From positions 601,655 through 665,654 of the forward strand of contig NMRA01000106.1 in the NCBI GenBank assembly GCA_002633005.1: a stretch of DNA of 64,000 nucleotides, given 5' to 3'. Shown piece by piece: positions 1-12,464 of the stretch. Under the pieces are notes generated by a model. It ran no database searches. It saw only the letters and a program-made list of their open reading frames with translations, and had not been told where the DNA came from. Position 1 is the first letter of the stretch. The number at the start of each line of letters is the position of its first letter. This DNA is from Phoronis australis. Its lineage: Eukaryota > Animalia > Phoronida. Made by a program: the position numbers and the translations under genes.

Positions 1-260
1 ACATGATTGAACTGCAGTCACAGGTCTTATTATTTATTTGTGAAACGCGGCTCCGTGACAAATATCTGCTAATATAGTATATTTGACTTTCGCTGTCATG
101 TGATACTGACGATTAAAGAGAAAACTTACTACTGGTAAAAATCACCGCCATATTGTCGTCTTATCGGTTACAGGAGCTATTTTTATCCTCGCCAATGCTT
201 ACTCGTTTCTGGCGCTAGTGAATTTCAGCTGAGTGAAGTGTATCAAGCATGCTCGTTGTC

Positions 261-1405
261 TTACAATAGTTCGTCTTCACAAGCCTCGATAAAAAGTTCA
301 CCAATTCGTTCTGACTGGCCTGCTTTTCCGATTGCTTGTTTGATTTTTTGGACAAAAATTTCTCTGCGTGGAGCTCCGTCCAAGGTTGTAAATGTAGGGA
401 CATCTTCGGGATCGATTACCAAAAACGGAAGCAAATGCATGGCGTACACAATACCACATAAGCGAGCTTTTTGAAAGTGATTCATAAACTGCTCATACGT
501 GTAAGGTGGGAACTCAAGACTTAGTTGCTTTCCAAAAGACATGAAGCTATCGTAATACAGCCGGAGTAGCTTGTTCATGTGACGTTTCCTTGTTTGGCGA
601 AAGGTGCCGGTGTATAAAAAGTTGACCAAGTCGTTAGCAGGCATCTGATAGGATATCATTTGAAAGTCCAAACATTTAACACTGACCGGTTTTGTCTCTC
701 CGTTGACAGTATCGTACCTAAACATCAAGTTACGACACATTGAATCTCTTAAACATACTGTTGCATAGGGTTCTTCATTATCCAACTGCAGTTGAAAGAA
801 CACCTCCTCAGTGGACTTATGTCGAAATCCAGTTGCTTTCTCGCACACAACTTTACTCTGAGAGTTGTCTACTGCCAAGTCAATAGAAGCAAGCTCGGAA
901 ACTAGGCCAAGCTCGCCAAACCAACACCGCATGTTGTCAGTATGAACGTTTTCTTCCAAGGCAAATGCAAAGCGTTCCTTAAACTCAGGAGTTGATTTCA
1001 AAGCAAGACCAAGAGCATGGAACTTTGCGAATTCTGTTACTGCTAGAGCACAGTGGTCAAAGTCGAGGCCTTTACGTATATCGGCCGTCTTGAATCCCTC
1101 AGACCTGAGGTCATGCATTATTAGATATGGCGGATATTCTTTGTCTTGGAGACACCCGGTGACATAACGAGGAACAGACAAATTCAATGGTTCCAAAGCA
1201 TTCAGTTCTTCGTAGCGTTTCATCGCTGGGAAAAGCTGCTGATAAGTTTGAATATCCTTGGAGAAAAACAAACCTTTTCTTGTCATTTTTCCATACTCTG
1301 AATGACACGGGAAATCAACATTTGCAATAAGTCGATAGACTTCCCCGTTACCTTGAGATTTCGTTTCAACTTTGACGGCAAAAATACTGCTCAAGGCATT
1401 GTCAC
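261..1405 (-). CDS. EcKL (ecdysteroid kinase-like/DUF227) copy A, exon 2; open frame, but the gene is probably a recent pseudogene
   Basis: Phase-1 acceptor ttctttttctttgcag|GT GAC AAT gives the G-D-N start motif. Typical EcKL features follow: LIMHDLRSEGF, EFAKFHA, catalytic loop CLRDSMCRNLMF, CLDFQM, PANDLVNFLY, LLRLYY. Near-identical to copy C, but has LIANV instead of LIAKV and a 2-codon deletion. Confidence 0.85.
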
Positions 1406-4356
1406 CTGCAAAGAAAAAGAACCTTCTGATATTTAACTAGCTTCTCATCTAGTGAGAGGAATTGTTACGGTTTAATTGCTGAAAGCTCCTGATCTTTCAA
1501 TACATAAAAGTCTAGGGCTTGGGGTTTATGTTGAAAGAACGATGCTTTGATATTACTGTATAGCACCCCCAGAAACTGAATGCAAATAAATGTCAGGGGT
1601 CTGTTTGACGGTAGCACCGGAGGCGGGGGGCTATGCGGGGGTTATGCCTTGCAAATTCACTTTAATGAATCCCCTTTGCTTGTGCTTAAGAAGTTGTTGG
1701 GTCGAGAAATGTCAATTTATTGGATTGTAAATTCTCTTTTCCTCACAATGCTGGTTACAGAAAGTAATGCAGGATAATATCCTGAGACCAGTCGGCTCCA
1801 ATCTGTCTTGGCTCTGGCTCAAGCACGAGCTATTACGACACCAACCATATTTGTTGGTTCTCCGGATATGGTTGACAAAAATCAATGGGAGTAATCCTCG
1901 CCTGTTTCTATTCAAGTCTCGCACAGTACAAATATATCGCAAGAACATGTAAATTTGAGTCACTACTCTTCATTTCGGTTTTATTTCTTCAATATTAATA
2001 CTAATGACCCATGCTTGGAGTACCTCCATTTCGTGGTTTTCGAAATCCGTTTGGTCTCGGGCTCCACTCCCGACACAGTTGGATTATCACGGGGACGGAA
2101 TGGAAACACATGTGGGTAATAGTTGGCCCATCGGAGCGGAACAGCTTGAGATTACTCTTCTCAATAATCAGCGTGTCGTAACTAAGGTATGAATGCTTAC
2201 ATTTTGGTCTTGCGTCATGCATGGCCGGTTAAATTTGTTTTCTGATGTTTCCTACACGTGTAGCAAAGTCTTCGATTTATACGTAACTATCGGATAGTTG
2301 TAAATCCCATGCAAGCTGCGTCTATCGATTTTGTCTAAGTGCATTTCTTTGTAAAATGCAGTTTAAATGTTCATGAATTTTGTCTTTTTTCTATTGTAGG
2401 CGGGTATATTTCGTTGACTGCATACTTAAGGAAAGACGTCTTGATGATTTGTGAAATTGAAAAAAATGTTATCGTGGAAACAAAAGGGTTAAGCTGTTTG
2501 CTATGTTGCAAGTGGATACGTCGAGTGTCACTGGGATGACAGCTTATGAGTAGTGCAAAAACTACGCACAAAGTTAGCAACGCGAAGAGAGGTCCATAAT
2601 CACAGTGAAGTCTAATCGCCACAACTGTCTACATAACCAACCAAGACTCATGGAAAGTTATTGGTGTTCCAGTAACATCAAACACATCTCGAATTATGAG
2701 CATAGAAATGTATAAGAAGGACTTCTGAACGAAATAACGCGGACAGACGCCCAAGAACACAAACTGGCCCGGCGACAGATGACTTATCGTACATGGTAAC
2801 GGAGTTTTCTTTAAGGTATGGAAGCTTTCTAAGAGCATCGTTTTCCCTTCAAACCAGTGAGAATATAAAATGTTAACTTGTTGACATTTCTCAAAACTCG
2901 TAAATTTTTAATCTTGTACAGTTCCACAACAACTGTCTCCTCCGATGCGCACAAAAATAACGCGGAAACGTAACTCTAAAGAGAAGGAGACTCTGTCGCA
3001 TCTTCGCCTCAACGGGACACGAAACGTACACCGGAGTCAACTAGAACAACGAATTGAACCAGTACTCGATTATTTGATGTTTTTTCCTGTAACGGAGGGA
3101 TTCACAGATAATATCGAATCGCCCTTAAAACTTCCCCCGTGTGGTGCTGAAGTTTAAGGGTTATTAATATAAGATCATTATATGTCATCAAGAGTGTGGT
3201 TCAGGAAAATAGTGTTTTGATATAGAAAGAACGTCAACACTTCATCTATTACATGACACACACAACTGAAGTAGATTTTGTACTTGAAACAAGGAGCCCG
3301 AATTCAGGCGTCAGTTCTTTAGGTCTTGTACCGAATTCATAGTTAATCGGCCACTGGCTTAACCAATTCGTGTAAATGTTCTCTATTTTGCAATAATTAG
3401 TTTAGGAACTATTTAATCGGAGGGAACCAACTGGCTCCAGAAAATATGCAGCGTCAGTTGCGATGACGACGAAGATGGCTTTTGGTAAAAGCAATTGCGA
3501 CCGGAGTTGGGGCAAAGTGTAAAATCGCCTGACCCCTATATCATTTTTATCTCCCTATTGAGCTGGTCAGGTAGTCTCCTTATCGGTGGCCTTGAATTTA
3601 TTATTAAGTTTGTGAAAAAGAATAGTCGACTGGTCTGCACTTGAGGTCGCTGATCTTTACTCTTGCAGTTAAGTTAAGTTCAATCCAGTGTAGGCCTAAT
3701 TTACTTGGCCTTACGTTAAAATCTTCCGTTTACAGCCATGTTTTCTGTAAGACAAGGGTCACAACTTTTTTGGTCAGGTGACCTATAACTTGCATATTTA
3801 TGACAAGAAATGAAGGGGAGGTAATTTCAGTTTTCACAGCGTGTTTATATCCAATCTGTTATTCATAGGTAACCGTTTCCTTACATATGGAGTGTAAAAA
3901 GACAGTAATTCCGTTGGACATTTTCTAGATACTCAACTGAAATGTTTTCAACTTAAACTGATTCACAAACTTGCTCCAACCAATTTGTTTTTGAAAAAAT
4001 GGCGTTGTTGGCTGTAGTCTTTGTACTTTCTAACATGCATCATATTCGTTGAGATTGCAGTGATGTAAAACAATTTAGGATCAGATTATAATACTGGTTA
4101 AACACCATGTGTTTTACTGAGAATAGCTCTGTACCAACTAAAGTACCTTTGTTTTTCCTGACTACGAAATGTAGTTTTTTCTTAATCAGAGTTTTTTATT
4201 TAAACAAAAACTAAAGGTGATATTCCACAGTTTGGTTACTTACAAAATTATGTGATGACACATTGTAAAATAGATAAATTATATCACATAATAAATATGC
4301 CAATGGATAGATATTTGAAATGTTGGAGATTTTGTGTCAGTTTTAGACGATTAATT

Positions 4357-4358
<2 letters not shown>

Positions 4359-4430
<72 letters not shown>
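4359..4430. repeat. (GTT)24 microsatellite in the intron of copy A
   Basis: Perfect trinucleotide run. The homologous position in the copy C intron (21881-21895) has only 5 units. Confidence 0.97.
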
Positions 4431-4888
4431 ACTTCTCCTTGTCATCCTTGTTTTCTGAGGCATGGATATCACTCCTGTGCACCTTGTATGTATATACACG
4501 TGTCATGACTCGAAAATCTGTTTTCATACATTATTTCGTATGCTATATTTTATCATTCAAAAGGTATATTGGTTAAGCATTCTCATTACAGGCCTTCGGC
4601 GTCTACAGACGATGTTGGGGTTACACCTGAGCAAACTTCACTACTCCAGTTCAGAGAGTGGTAAAGTCCATGTCTGCACTAGACAGGTAACAACTTTGAA
4701 TTATGAAGCGCCTAAGGTAGCGCGTTGAATGAGCAATACTACGCGTTGAATAAGCAATGACATTACAACGTGCAGAAAAGTACTTGTTTATAAGAGTCCT
4801 CTGGGGCTTCATAGTAAATGACTATTGGTCTGAATTGTTGTTGTATTAGGACCTAAATACAATGCACATTGCATTCCTGTGGCAGGCG

Positions 4889-4950
4889 AAAATGAGGCGT
4901 GATTGCCAACATCAATTTTTAAATCGATGTTGGCAATCACGCCTCATTTT
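4889..4950. repeat. Perfect 25-bp inverted repeat (hairpin)
   Basis: aaaatgaggcgtgattgccaacatc (4889-4913) and its reverse complement gatgttggcaatcacgcctcatttt (4926-4950), 12-nt spacer. Confidence 0.95.
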
Positions 4951-5270
4951 AAAAAACGTCACTGAGGTGGCAATCATAATACACCAATGAATATTTTAAT
5001 TTTTACCTTATTCACGTAGTTGCCATTCTGTTTAAGGCATAAGCCTCTTTTTGGGTTTAAAAAACAATGCATCTGAGACTTAAATATAACGAGGCACGCA
5101 AAAATATCACGCTTTGCGCTGTGATTAAGGGCAGAATGCATTGCTTTTAAACCTAAAAAGGGGCTCACATTTAAAATGGCGACTTCGTGAATAAGGTGAT
5201 ATAGGCCTACGCCAAAAGAACGCTCGGGGCGTGATCCTAAAATTTTTAGTGATTACACGCAACAACCAAC

Positions 5271-5409
5271 CTTTCTGTAGGAATTTAGCACACTCGATGT
5301 CTTATACAACTAAATTAACGTCGTTCTCACTTTTCCTTAATGCGTCTTGGATCACACCTTTGTTGACAAACACCAATTCTTGGCCGTATACTTGAATACA
5401 GTCAGACAT
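5271..5409 (-). pseudogene. EcKL copy A, exon 1, with premature stop (codon 36 GAA->TAA)
   Basis: 139-nt exon from ATG at 5409 (MSDCIQVYGQELVFVNKGVIQDALRKSENDVNLVV*DIE...) to phase-1 donor G|gttggt. Homologous to 26093-26231 and 26872-27010. TAA at 5304-5302 where the paralogs have GAA. Confidence 0.85.
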
Positions 5410-7400
5410 TTTTAAGAAATGGTGTCAGTTGACCAAAGCATCCCAGTAACATGTACCGTATTACACGTATTTAACGCCGAGACAATCAAAATTACTTCAC
5501 CGTATTCACTAGCATTCTGAACCTGGGTGCCAGAAATTCTCTTGATCTTGAATATAATTTCAAAGCCATTGAATTAAAATATCTTATTTGCTCATCGTTT
5601 TAAATAGGCCAGATTTAAGCTCACCTAGGCATAACAAAAAACTAATATAAAAGCGGGTATAGCGAGCGTCCCGAAAAGTGAGCCTATTGTTGGTTCTTGT
5701 TTGTGTACGTTGTTCTGAAATTGATGCGGTATCTTTTAGTTGTTCGTATTTTCAAAAGGAAAAGTCACCTGAAATTGGTCCGGACCCCTTTTTCCCCAGC
5801 GTCACTGGATGCCACCTGTCACGTGTTATTAGGTTTGAAGTGCATTTTTCAAAATGAATCGGGCGCAGACCAGAACCAACTAAGCTATTTTTTGGCCTAA
5901 CCAACAATGGCTAAGGCGTTTATTAGGTGAATTACCATACTTTTTAAGGTCGTTTTAGGTCATCGAATGATACTCGTGGAACACTCAACGGATTGAAGTT
6001 TGCGGTTCGAACTCCAGTTCACCTAGTACACTCACAGTGCTAAAGGTATCGGTATAGTTAGGCCTGTGTCAGAGGATTGATTTCACCCTTTTCAGGCCAA
6101 AGAATGAAAATCGAATGAGACATTTATAGAGAGGCTGTAAACCCGTGTTCAGTCCAAAAAGCGAACTTTAGATTTAGACCATTTACCACATTAAACTTGG
6201 TCTCAATTTGCTCCTTTCTCTGATGAGAGGTGATTTCTGGGTTTGTAAAAAAACTTACAGTTCTTTATTGCTGCAGGCCATGCTCGGTGCGTAAAATGAC
6301 ACATCGCCGGTGGCAATCTAACTCGTAGAGCCTGATCTCTTGCAATAACAAACTATGCGGTCGCTTGAAACAGTTTCCAAAAAGGACCCCAACAAAAGTT
6401 CCCTAAATCTTTTGCGTATTTGTGTTGTTCTTTACGCACAGATGTAATCTTTTTGTATTGTTTTATCTTGATTACGATCCCATCTTTGACTAGCTTCATT
6501 TTCTAATAATATAACTAAAATTTGATCCCTTAGTTCAATGAAAATAATCAGGGACTTGGTCCTTGACTTAGGGGCACTGCATAAAAAGATCACTTCTTAT
6601 TTTCAATAATATTGAGAATTCGACGTGGAGTTTACTCTCTGTTTGTATCAAAGCTAAAAATTGACTTAGTAATTAATGGGGTTCAAACAACACAAGAAAA
6701 AACAATGAGTAATTTCAAAGGTCCACAAATACGCAACAATTCTAAGGAACTTGGATTGTTTAACACAGGAGACTTGAGAGGGCTGCCATTCTGAAAAACG
6801 TTTAGCAGGCGGTATAAAGAAAATCTGGAATGATATCCCGATTGTGACGGAACCATTGAGATAGCACTGAGCCCAGACGGCAGTATCGGGAGAACGTCGG
6901 GACGAAAGAACGTAAAGATAGAGGAACATAGCGTATTGAATGCAACGGTAGCCTTTCTGTGAACACTGAGACAAGGAATTGTCAACGGGAGAACTGTGGG
7001 GGGAGACATGTACGCGGAGAAACACCGCTATGGACCCAAAAAGGGCGACAAAAAATTCTGAACAAAACAGAAAAAATTGCCTTTGTTTTCAAAACTGAAA
7101 TGTATTTTGTTGCTGTGTTAATGAAAACATTTTGCAAATTTGTCAATTTACAGTTCACAAGGTGTTGACTAGTAGTGGTAACAGTATTAAACCCAATCCA
7201 GCAAGCTTCAAATAAATGAAAGGTCAACGTGGGTGTTCAAAAAGCGTTATATCTACCTTTCTAAAGAATTGTTCCTAAATGGGGCGTACTTCGGATGTTG
7301 ACAGAAATGTTACAGTGTTTAAACATGATTGGTGATAATGGTGATAATAATGACATTGTGTGAACATGTTTTTATTACACTTTTCACTTTTTACCGTAAN

Positions 7401-7530
7401 CACATACAAAACCCCCCTCCCGACCTCCCCTCATTCGGTGCTATACGCATCTACAATCTTGGTTTACGCAAATGCTTACAGCCGGAAAAAATGTTGGGCC
7501 TCCCCTTGTGATATCCTAGATCCGCTACTG
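7401..7530 (-). mobile_element. Terminal fragment of a non-autonomous DNA element (CAG(T)(A/G)GCGGATCTAGG end)
   Basis: Reverse complement matches 24223-24345 (cagtggcggatctaggatatcacaaggg...), so this is a dispersed repeat. It abuts the mariner remnant. Confidence 0.55.
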
Positions 7531-8414
7531 AGAGAAAGCGTTGAAGATGACCCTCGTCCAGGACATCCCAAATCGTCGACCTCCAATGAAAATGTGCCGA
7601 AGATTTATGCAATGGTTATGAAAGACAGGCGAATGACTGTTCAACATTTGGCAAACACTGTTTACATCAGTAATGGGTCCGAATCTAAAATTTTGAGTGA
7701 AGATTTAGGCATGAGTAAAATGAGTGCACCATATGTTCCAAGAATATTAACTCAGAATCAGAAAATGAGCAGAATGCAAATTTCAAAGGAACTTTTAAGA
7801 ATATTCCACGCAGATCCAGCCAAATTTTCCAGAAGACTTGTAATCCAGGATGAGACATGGCCGGGATGCACGTGGGTTTCCCAAGCCCGAGAAAGTTCAA
7901 GTTGGGTACCTCTGCGAGCAAAGTTATGGCCTCTGTGTTGTGGGACAACGAAGGTATTCTGATGATCGACTACTTGCAAGGAGGACACATTGTTAGTGGG
8001 AATCACTGTGCATCACTTTCGGAAAACTCAAAAAAGCAATCAAGGAAAAGAGACACGGGGAGTTTCGGGATGGAGTGCTGTTGCTTCAAGTTGCGGTGGC
8101 TGAAGCAACTATATGTGGTTGTGGAATCCTTCCGCACCCCGCCTATTCTCCAGACCTGGCCCCGTCTGATTTTATTTGTTTCCACATTTGCGTGGACGCC
8201 ACTATGTGAGCGATGATGACGTCATGGGTGCAGTGGAGGAGTATTTTGAGAGGGTCGACAAACGTTTCTTTTACGAAGACATTGCGAAACTATAGGACAG
8301 ATGGAAGAAATGCATTGATGTAACGGGAGATTATATTGACAAATAACAGTCAAAATTAGTTGCTATCGCGTTGTTTTCTGGGTGAGGCCGAGAACTTATT
8401 GAACGACCCTCGTA
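7531..8414 (+). mobile_element. Degenerate, 5'-truncated mariner (Tc1/mariner) transposon
   Basis: Frameshifted transposase with RESVEDDPRPGHP, YVPRIL (WVPR-like), IQDETW, KVMASVLWDNEGILMIDYL, PHPAYSPDLAPSDF and C-terminal RWKKCIDVTGDYIDK*. Ends with a mariner-type TIR ...ttattgaacgaccctcg followed by TA. Confidence 0.92.
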
Positions 8415-8756
8415 CATATATATATGTCATCAAGTCATATTAGCGACAACCATTGACTAAACAGAAGAAAGTTTGATGCAAACTTCGTGAGTCACAAACA
8501 ATTCTACAAGTCTGACTAAAAACGTTCATTGATGCTTGCATTGTTTGTAATGAAAATCAACACAAGTGGGAATCTGGAGATTTTCCCAGTATAAGTTTTA
8601 TTTTATTTTACATCAATTACTATGTTTAACGAATATGAGCTTGTGAACCCTCTCGATATCTGAGTTTGCAATAGCCTAAAGGCTAACACACCGCACCACG
8701 TCTCGCTAACTATTAAGAGAGCAAAGAATCTGATTTTTACAAAAAATATAATGCAG

Positions 8757-11700
8757 CCCAAGGCTTGAATGTCGGTTATAATACTCCCTATCTCTTCAGG
8801 TGTTAATATTGTGTTCCTCTTAGGCAAAAGTTTGCTTTTCGATTTTTAAGGAAACTTACGTACGAGTTGGATGAGAGTTGTAGTGGTATTTCACTTATTT
8901 ATACTTTAATTTATAACGTTTAATATTTTAGGTTTGCAATGAAAGCAATAAAAAGTGTCTGCTGATTGATCTCTTTCCTTGTACATTCATTTCTACTACA
9001 TGTGCATTTGTGTTAGATTTCAAATCGTGAGATTTTTTAACCTTGATACATAGCTGAGAAAAACAAAAACCTCAAGCGCATTATGAACTCTACACGTATG
9101 TCACTCACTTTGCATCACGTGGTACTTTGGGTCAAAATTCACTGAAAGTCTTCATCTAGTGCTCCAATTTCACAGTAGATACCTCACATCAAGTTCTATT
9201 ATAAAGTAGCAAACTTAACTATTTATGTACACACAAACTATGAGATTTTTTCCTTAAATCCTAAGTGTATCCTGGCTCCGAATCCTGGGCCAAAAGCATG
9301 ACTACTTGCCTACTGTTCGTTTTGACAAAGTTTGTTCGTGTAGAGGTAGACAATTTGTGGTTTAAGGACTTTTGGGAGATCTTGAATACTTTCTTTCAAG
9401 TGTTCTGAGGACTGGTAGTTTTCAGAGATGGGGTCAAAAAAGTAAATTTTCCAAGTTTCCTAGTCAATTCTAATTTTGTTCACAAAAATGTCAGTGAAGG
9501 GTGGTACAAAAATTTAAACAGTCAAAAATCTAAATACTCTCTCACAGAACTTGACTACCAAACATGTTGCCTTGGTTTTGAACTGAAAATAAGGAATTAC
9601 AACCAAGATTACTAATTAGAGGAGAAGGGAAAAGTTTACAATCTCAGCTTCGACGATAAAGTTCATGTTCGCGTTTGATTGTTTTGCAGGGAAATATCTT
9701 TAGATTTGAGGATCAGGTAAGCGACGAAGTTTCCGAAACAAAAGTGTGCCTAATTTTCCTGTCAATTCATTGGCGTGGAAAAAGAGGAGGGCGAGCGCTT
9801 CCTCTACTCTCTGACACAGCGCCACCTAGGCGCTTCCTCCTCCAACAAAGCGAACCTTTGTCGGTGTCAAAGCATCTGATCTGCAAGGCTGGGTATTATT
9901 CAGCTAAATGCCTCACTAAAAACTATTGCTATTGGTCGGCTGGGCGCCCACAGACTTATCCTTTGATAAAGACAATCTAGCTTGTTATGGGATACCTTGT
10001 GACCTTCCTCATGGCACGCGACAAGGTTAGTTTCAGTTGCTGACTCTGCTTTGTCTTTCCCGGCATTTCTTCACTTCATTGTGACATTGGGTTTGCTTAC
10101 GTTGTCGTTTTGTGATTGTCTGCCAGCTACGGCATGCCAGGCAAATCTAAAATTACTGATTACCATAAAATGTAATGTCGCTAACGACAAAATCGTTCAA
10201 ATTAACTCATTTGAAGATGTTTACGGTCATGGGCTTAATGTGTCATGATATAACAATGAGGTTAAACTACAAGACACATCTCCTGCTAACATGGTAATTT
10301 TCACGACTGCTGTTGCTTTGCTATAGTTTCTCACCACTCCGTATCACAATGTACATTCCCAATCGTTAGATGCTTATAAAATTTCAAAAAATTATTTTGT
10401 TGTTGAAAATAGGCTGTACTTTGGGAGCAAGTTTTCCGATATGCAAAACTGATTAAGTAAACGTCACATGTCGTTTTCAGCAATCTTTTTATTCCGTTCC
10501 GTTCGTATCCTCGGAACAAATTCGACACTTCACAAAACATTGGTGAAAGAACTGACCAAGAGACATGATAAAAAACACACGATATTTCTGTTTCATTTTC
10601 AAGTGGAAATAAAATGACGCAGTAATACCACCACAGAGCAAAAGTTTGAGACATACACAGCGGGACACGATAGGTGTGAAATACTACAAAGAATGACAAA
10701 TGAAGGGGGTGGGGTATCAGGAAATTCACGCAAACAAGTGTAACGTGCGGCATGACTCTGTTTGCTGCTCATTCAAAACAGACTTCTCAAATACAATCAA
10801 AAGGACTCCAACATTTTCAATCGCAGCACATCGTGCTCTACGTACCGAGTTGACGTGCTTTCCACAATTTCTTGACGGGTAATTTTACGTTCGCGACTAA
10901 CATTGCAGAAAATGTTCTTGGATGGCGCGATTTTGAAGATGCAAGATAACCGACGGGAAAGACTGCAAACCGTTTGACCAATGTAACATTGCTTGACAGT
11001 TGAACGAAGGCATGGTCATATGGCATACTAAATCATAAACAACACTACACTGCGCAACTGTAGGGACGGACTTTCGCTTTAGTAATGTTATTTTTTATGA
11101 CCAAGTTGGAGGACTTCCTATTCCGATAATAAATTAAAATAGCATCGAGGTAATCATCGGGCTTACAAACTTCCAGCATTACCCCTAATAGATTTTTAAT
11201 GGTATGTTCATCCTGGAGATAATTATTGGTCATCAGGGTTTGTCTGATACGATTTACCTTTTGATTGAATAATAGCCAGTTAGACCACACCAAATACGCC
11301 CTCTTTAGGAAGTTGACCACAGCGGCGACCTGCCGCTCAGCCGGGGCATTCGCTTTTGGCGTGAAGACAGAATCTTTTATCTAGGCTTGTGATAAACTGA
11401 TGTAGACAATTCAAATGGAGAATGGTTCACAGGTACGTCTAAAAACGGAATCTAGTCATTTGCAGGATCACTCTTTAAGAACGCCTGGACCACACTACAT
11501 TCGAATTTGAGTACCGTTCTTTGCGAACAACCGTCACGGCATCATCATTTCTGATATTACGAATTTCGTCTCACCTTAGGAACATAGAGATGAGAGTCAT
11601 CGCCGTGTATACAGAATTCCCTTCCCCGTAATTAAGTTGCGTCAAGGGTCTTACCAAAAACTCTACAGTTTTAACGTTTGCAAAATATCAAAGGTCCTCC

Positions 11701-12062
11701 ATTCTGGAAATTCGAACAACTCATGCCCGTAATTTTCGCGTTTGTTGTTATTATGGTATCTCACCACTCCATATAATTACGTCCATAACAAATATCTACT
11801 GCGAACATGGTAATTTTCACAGCATCAGTTACTATATGATAACTCATCACGTACGTGTAATACTGCCTTTATATAAACGTCCTGCTAACATGGTAATTTC
11901 TTCACAGTACGCTTGGTGCGGCTTAGTATTATGGTATCTCATCACGCCGTATAATAACGTCTTTCTACAAAACTCATCTGATGACATGGTAATCTCCATG
12001 GTTGCTAGTATTACGGGATCAATCTTATGAATCTAAGTCCCCCAAGTTTGGAGATTTTCCTG
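8757..12062 (-). repeat. Inverted segmental duplicate of the region downstream of EcKL copy D
   Basis: About 9000-12062 is the reverse complement of about 30955-34090 (compare ORFs 9675-9980 and 33070-33375). 8757-8970 is the reverse complement of 37930-38147. Confidence 0.9.
10430..11640 (-). mobile_element. Degenerate Penelope-like retroelement (RT C-terminus plus GIY-YIG region)
   Basis: IPFLDV RT motif, KRAYLVWSNWLLFNQKVNRIRQTL..NNY, IYYRNRKSSNLVIKNN and a degenerate GIY-YIG region. Same element as 29765-30655 and 31400-32630. Confidence 0.75.
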
Positions 12063-12464
12063 TGCTGCGTTAATTACCAAAAAAACAATGCAAACATTTT
12101 TGGGATATGATATGATGCATCTATATTGAAATGTATACCTGTATTTGTTTTTATATTTGGAATAGTAATCTTAGATATGTCACTGAAATTCCTTGTATGC
12201 GAGTATCTGGGTGGAGTTTCGTCGACACAAGAATCTCGCTGAGGAAGCCTCTATGGAACGCACGCCTGTATTCATCTATAAATATTGATAAAAGTGTAAT
12301 GTATCAGACGTTTTTTAAAAAATCTTATTTTTGATGAACTCGTCTCCTAACGCGTCCGATCATCCTTACACCATGGGAATTTTTGTAGCCTGAAAATTGC
12401 CCTCGGAGCATACCGAACACTTCGGGTATTTTCGTAGCCCTAAGTTTCCCCTCTCTTATCTACG

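Noticed and set aside
3470-3495. gaagATGGCTTTTG|gtaaaa, a first-exon-like signal on the plus strand within the copy A intron
   Set aside because: No compatible downstream exon found; too short to support.
4252-4499. Poly-Leu and poly-Asn ORFs
   Set aside because: Translations of the (GTT)24 microsatellite inside an intron.
9675-9980. 101-aa ORF conserved with 33070-33375
   Set aside because: Conservation is explained by the inverted segmental duplication. No ATG start, no recognisable domain or splice structure.
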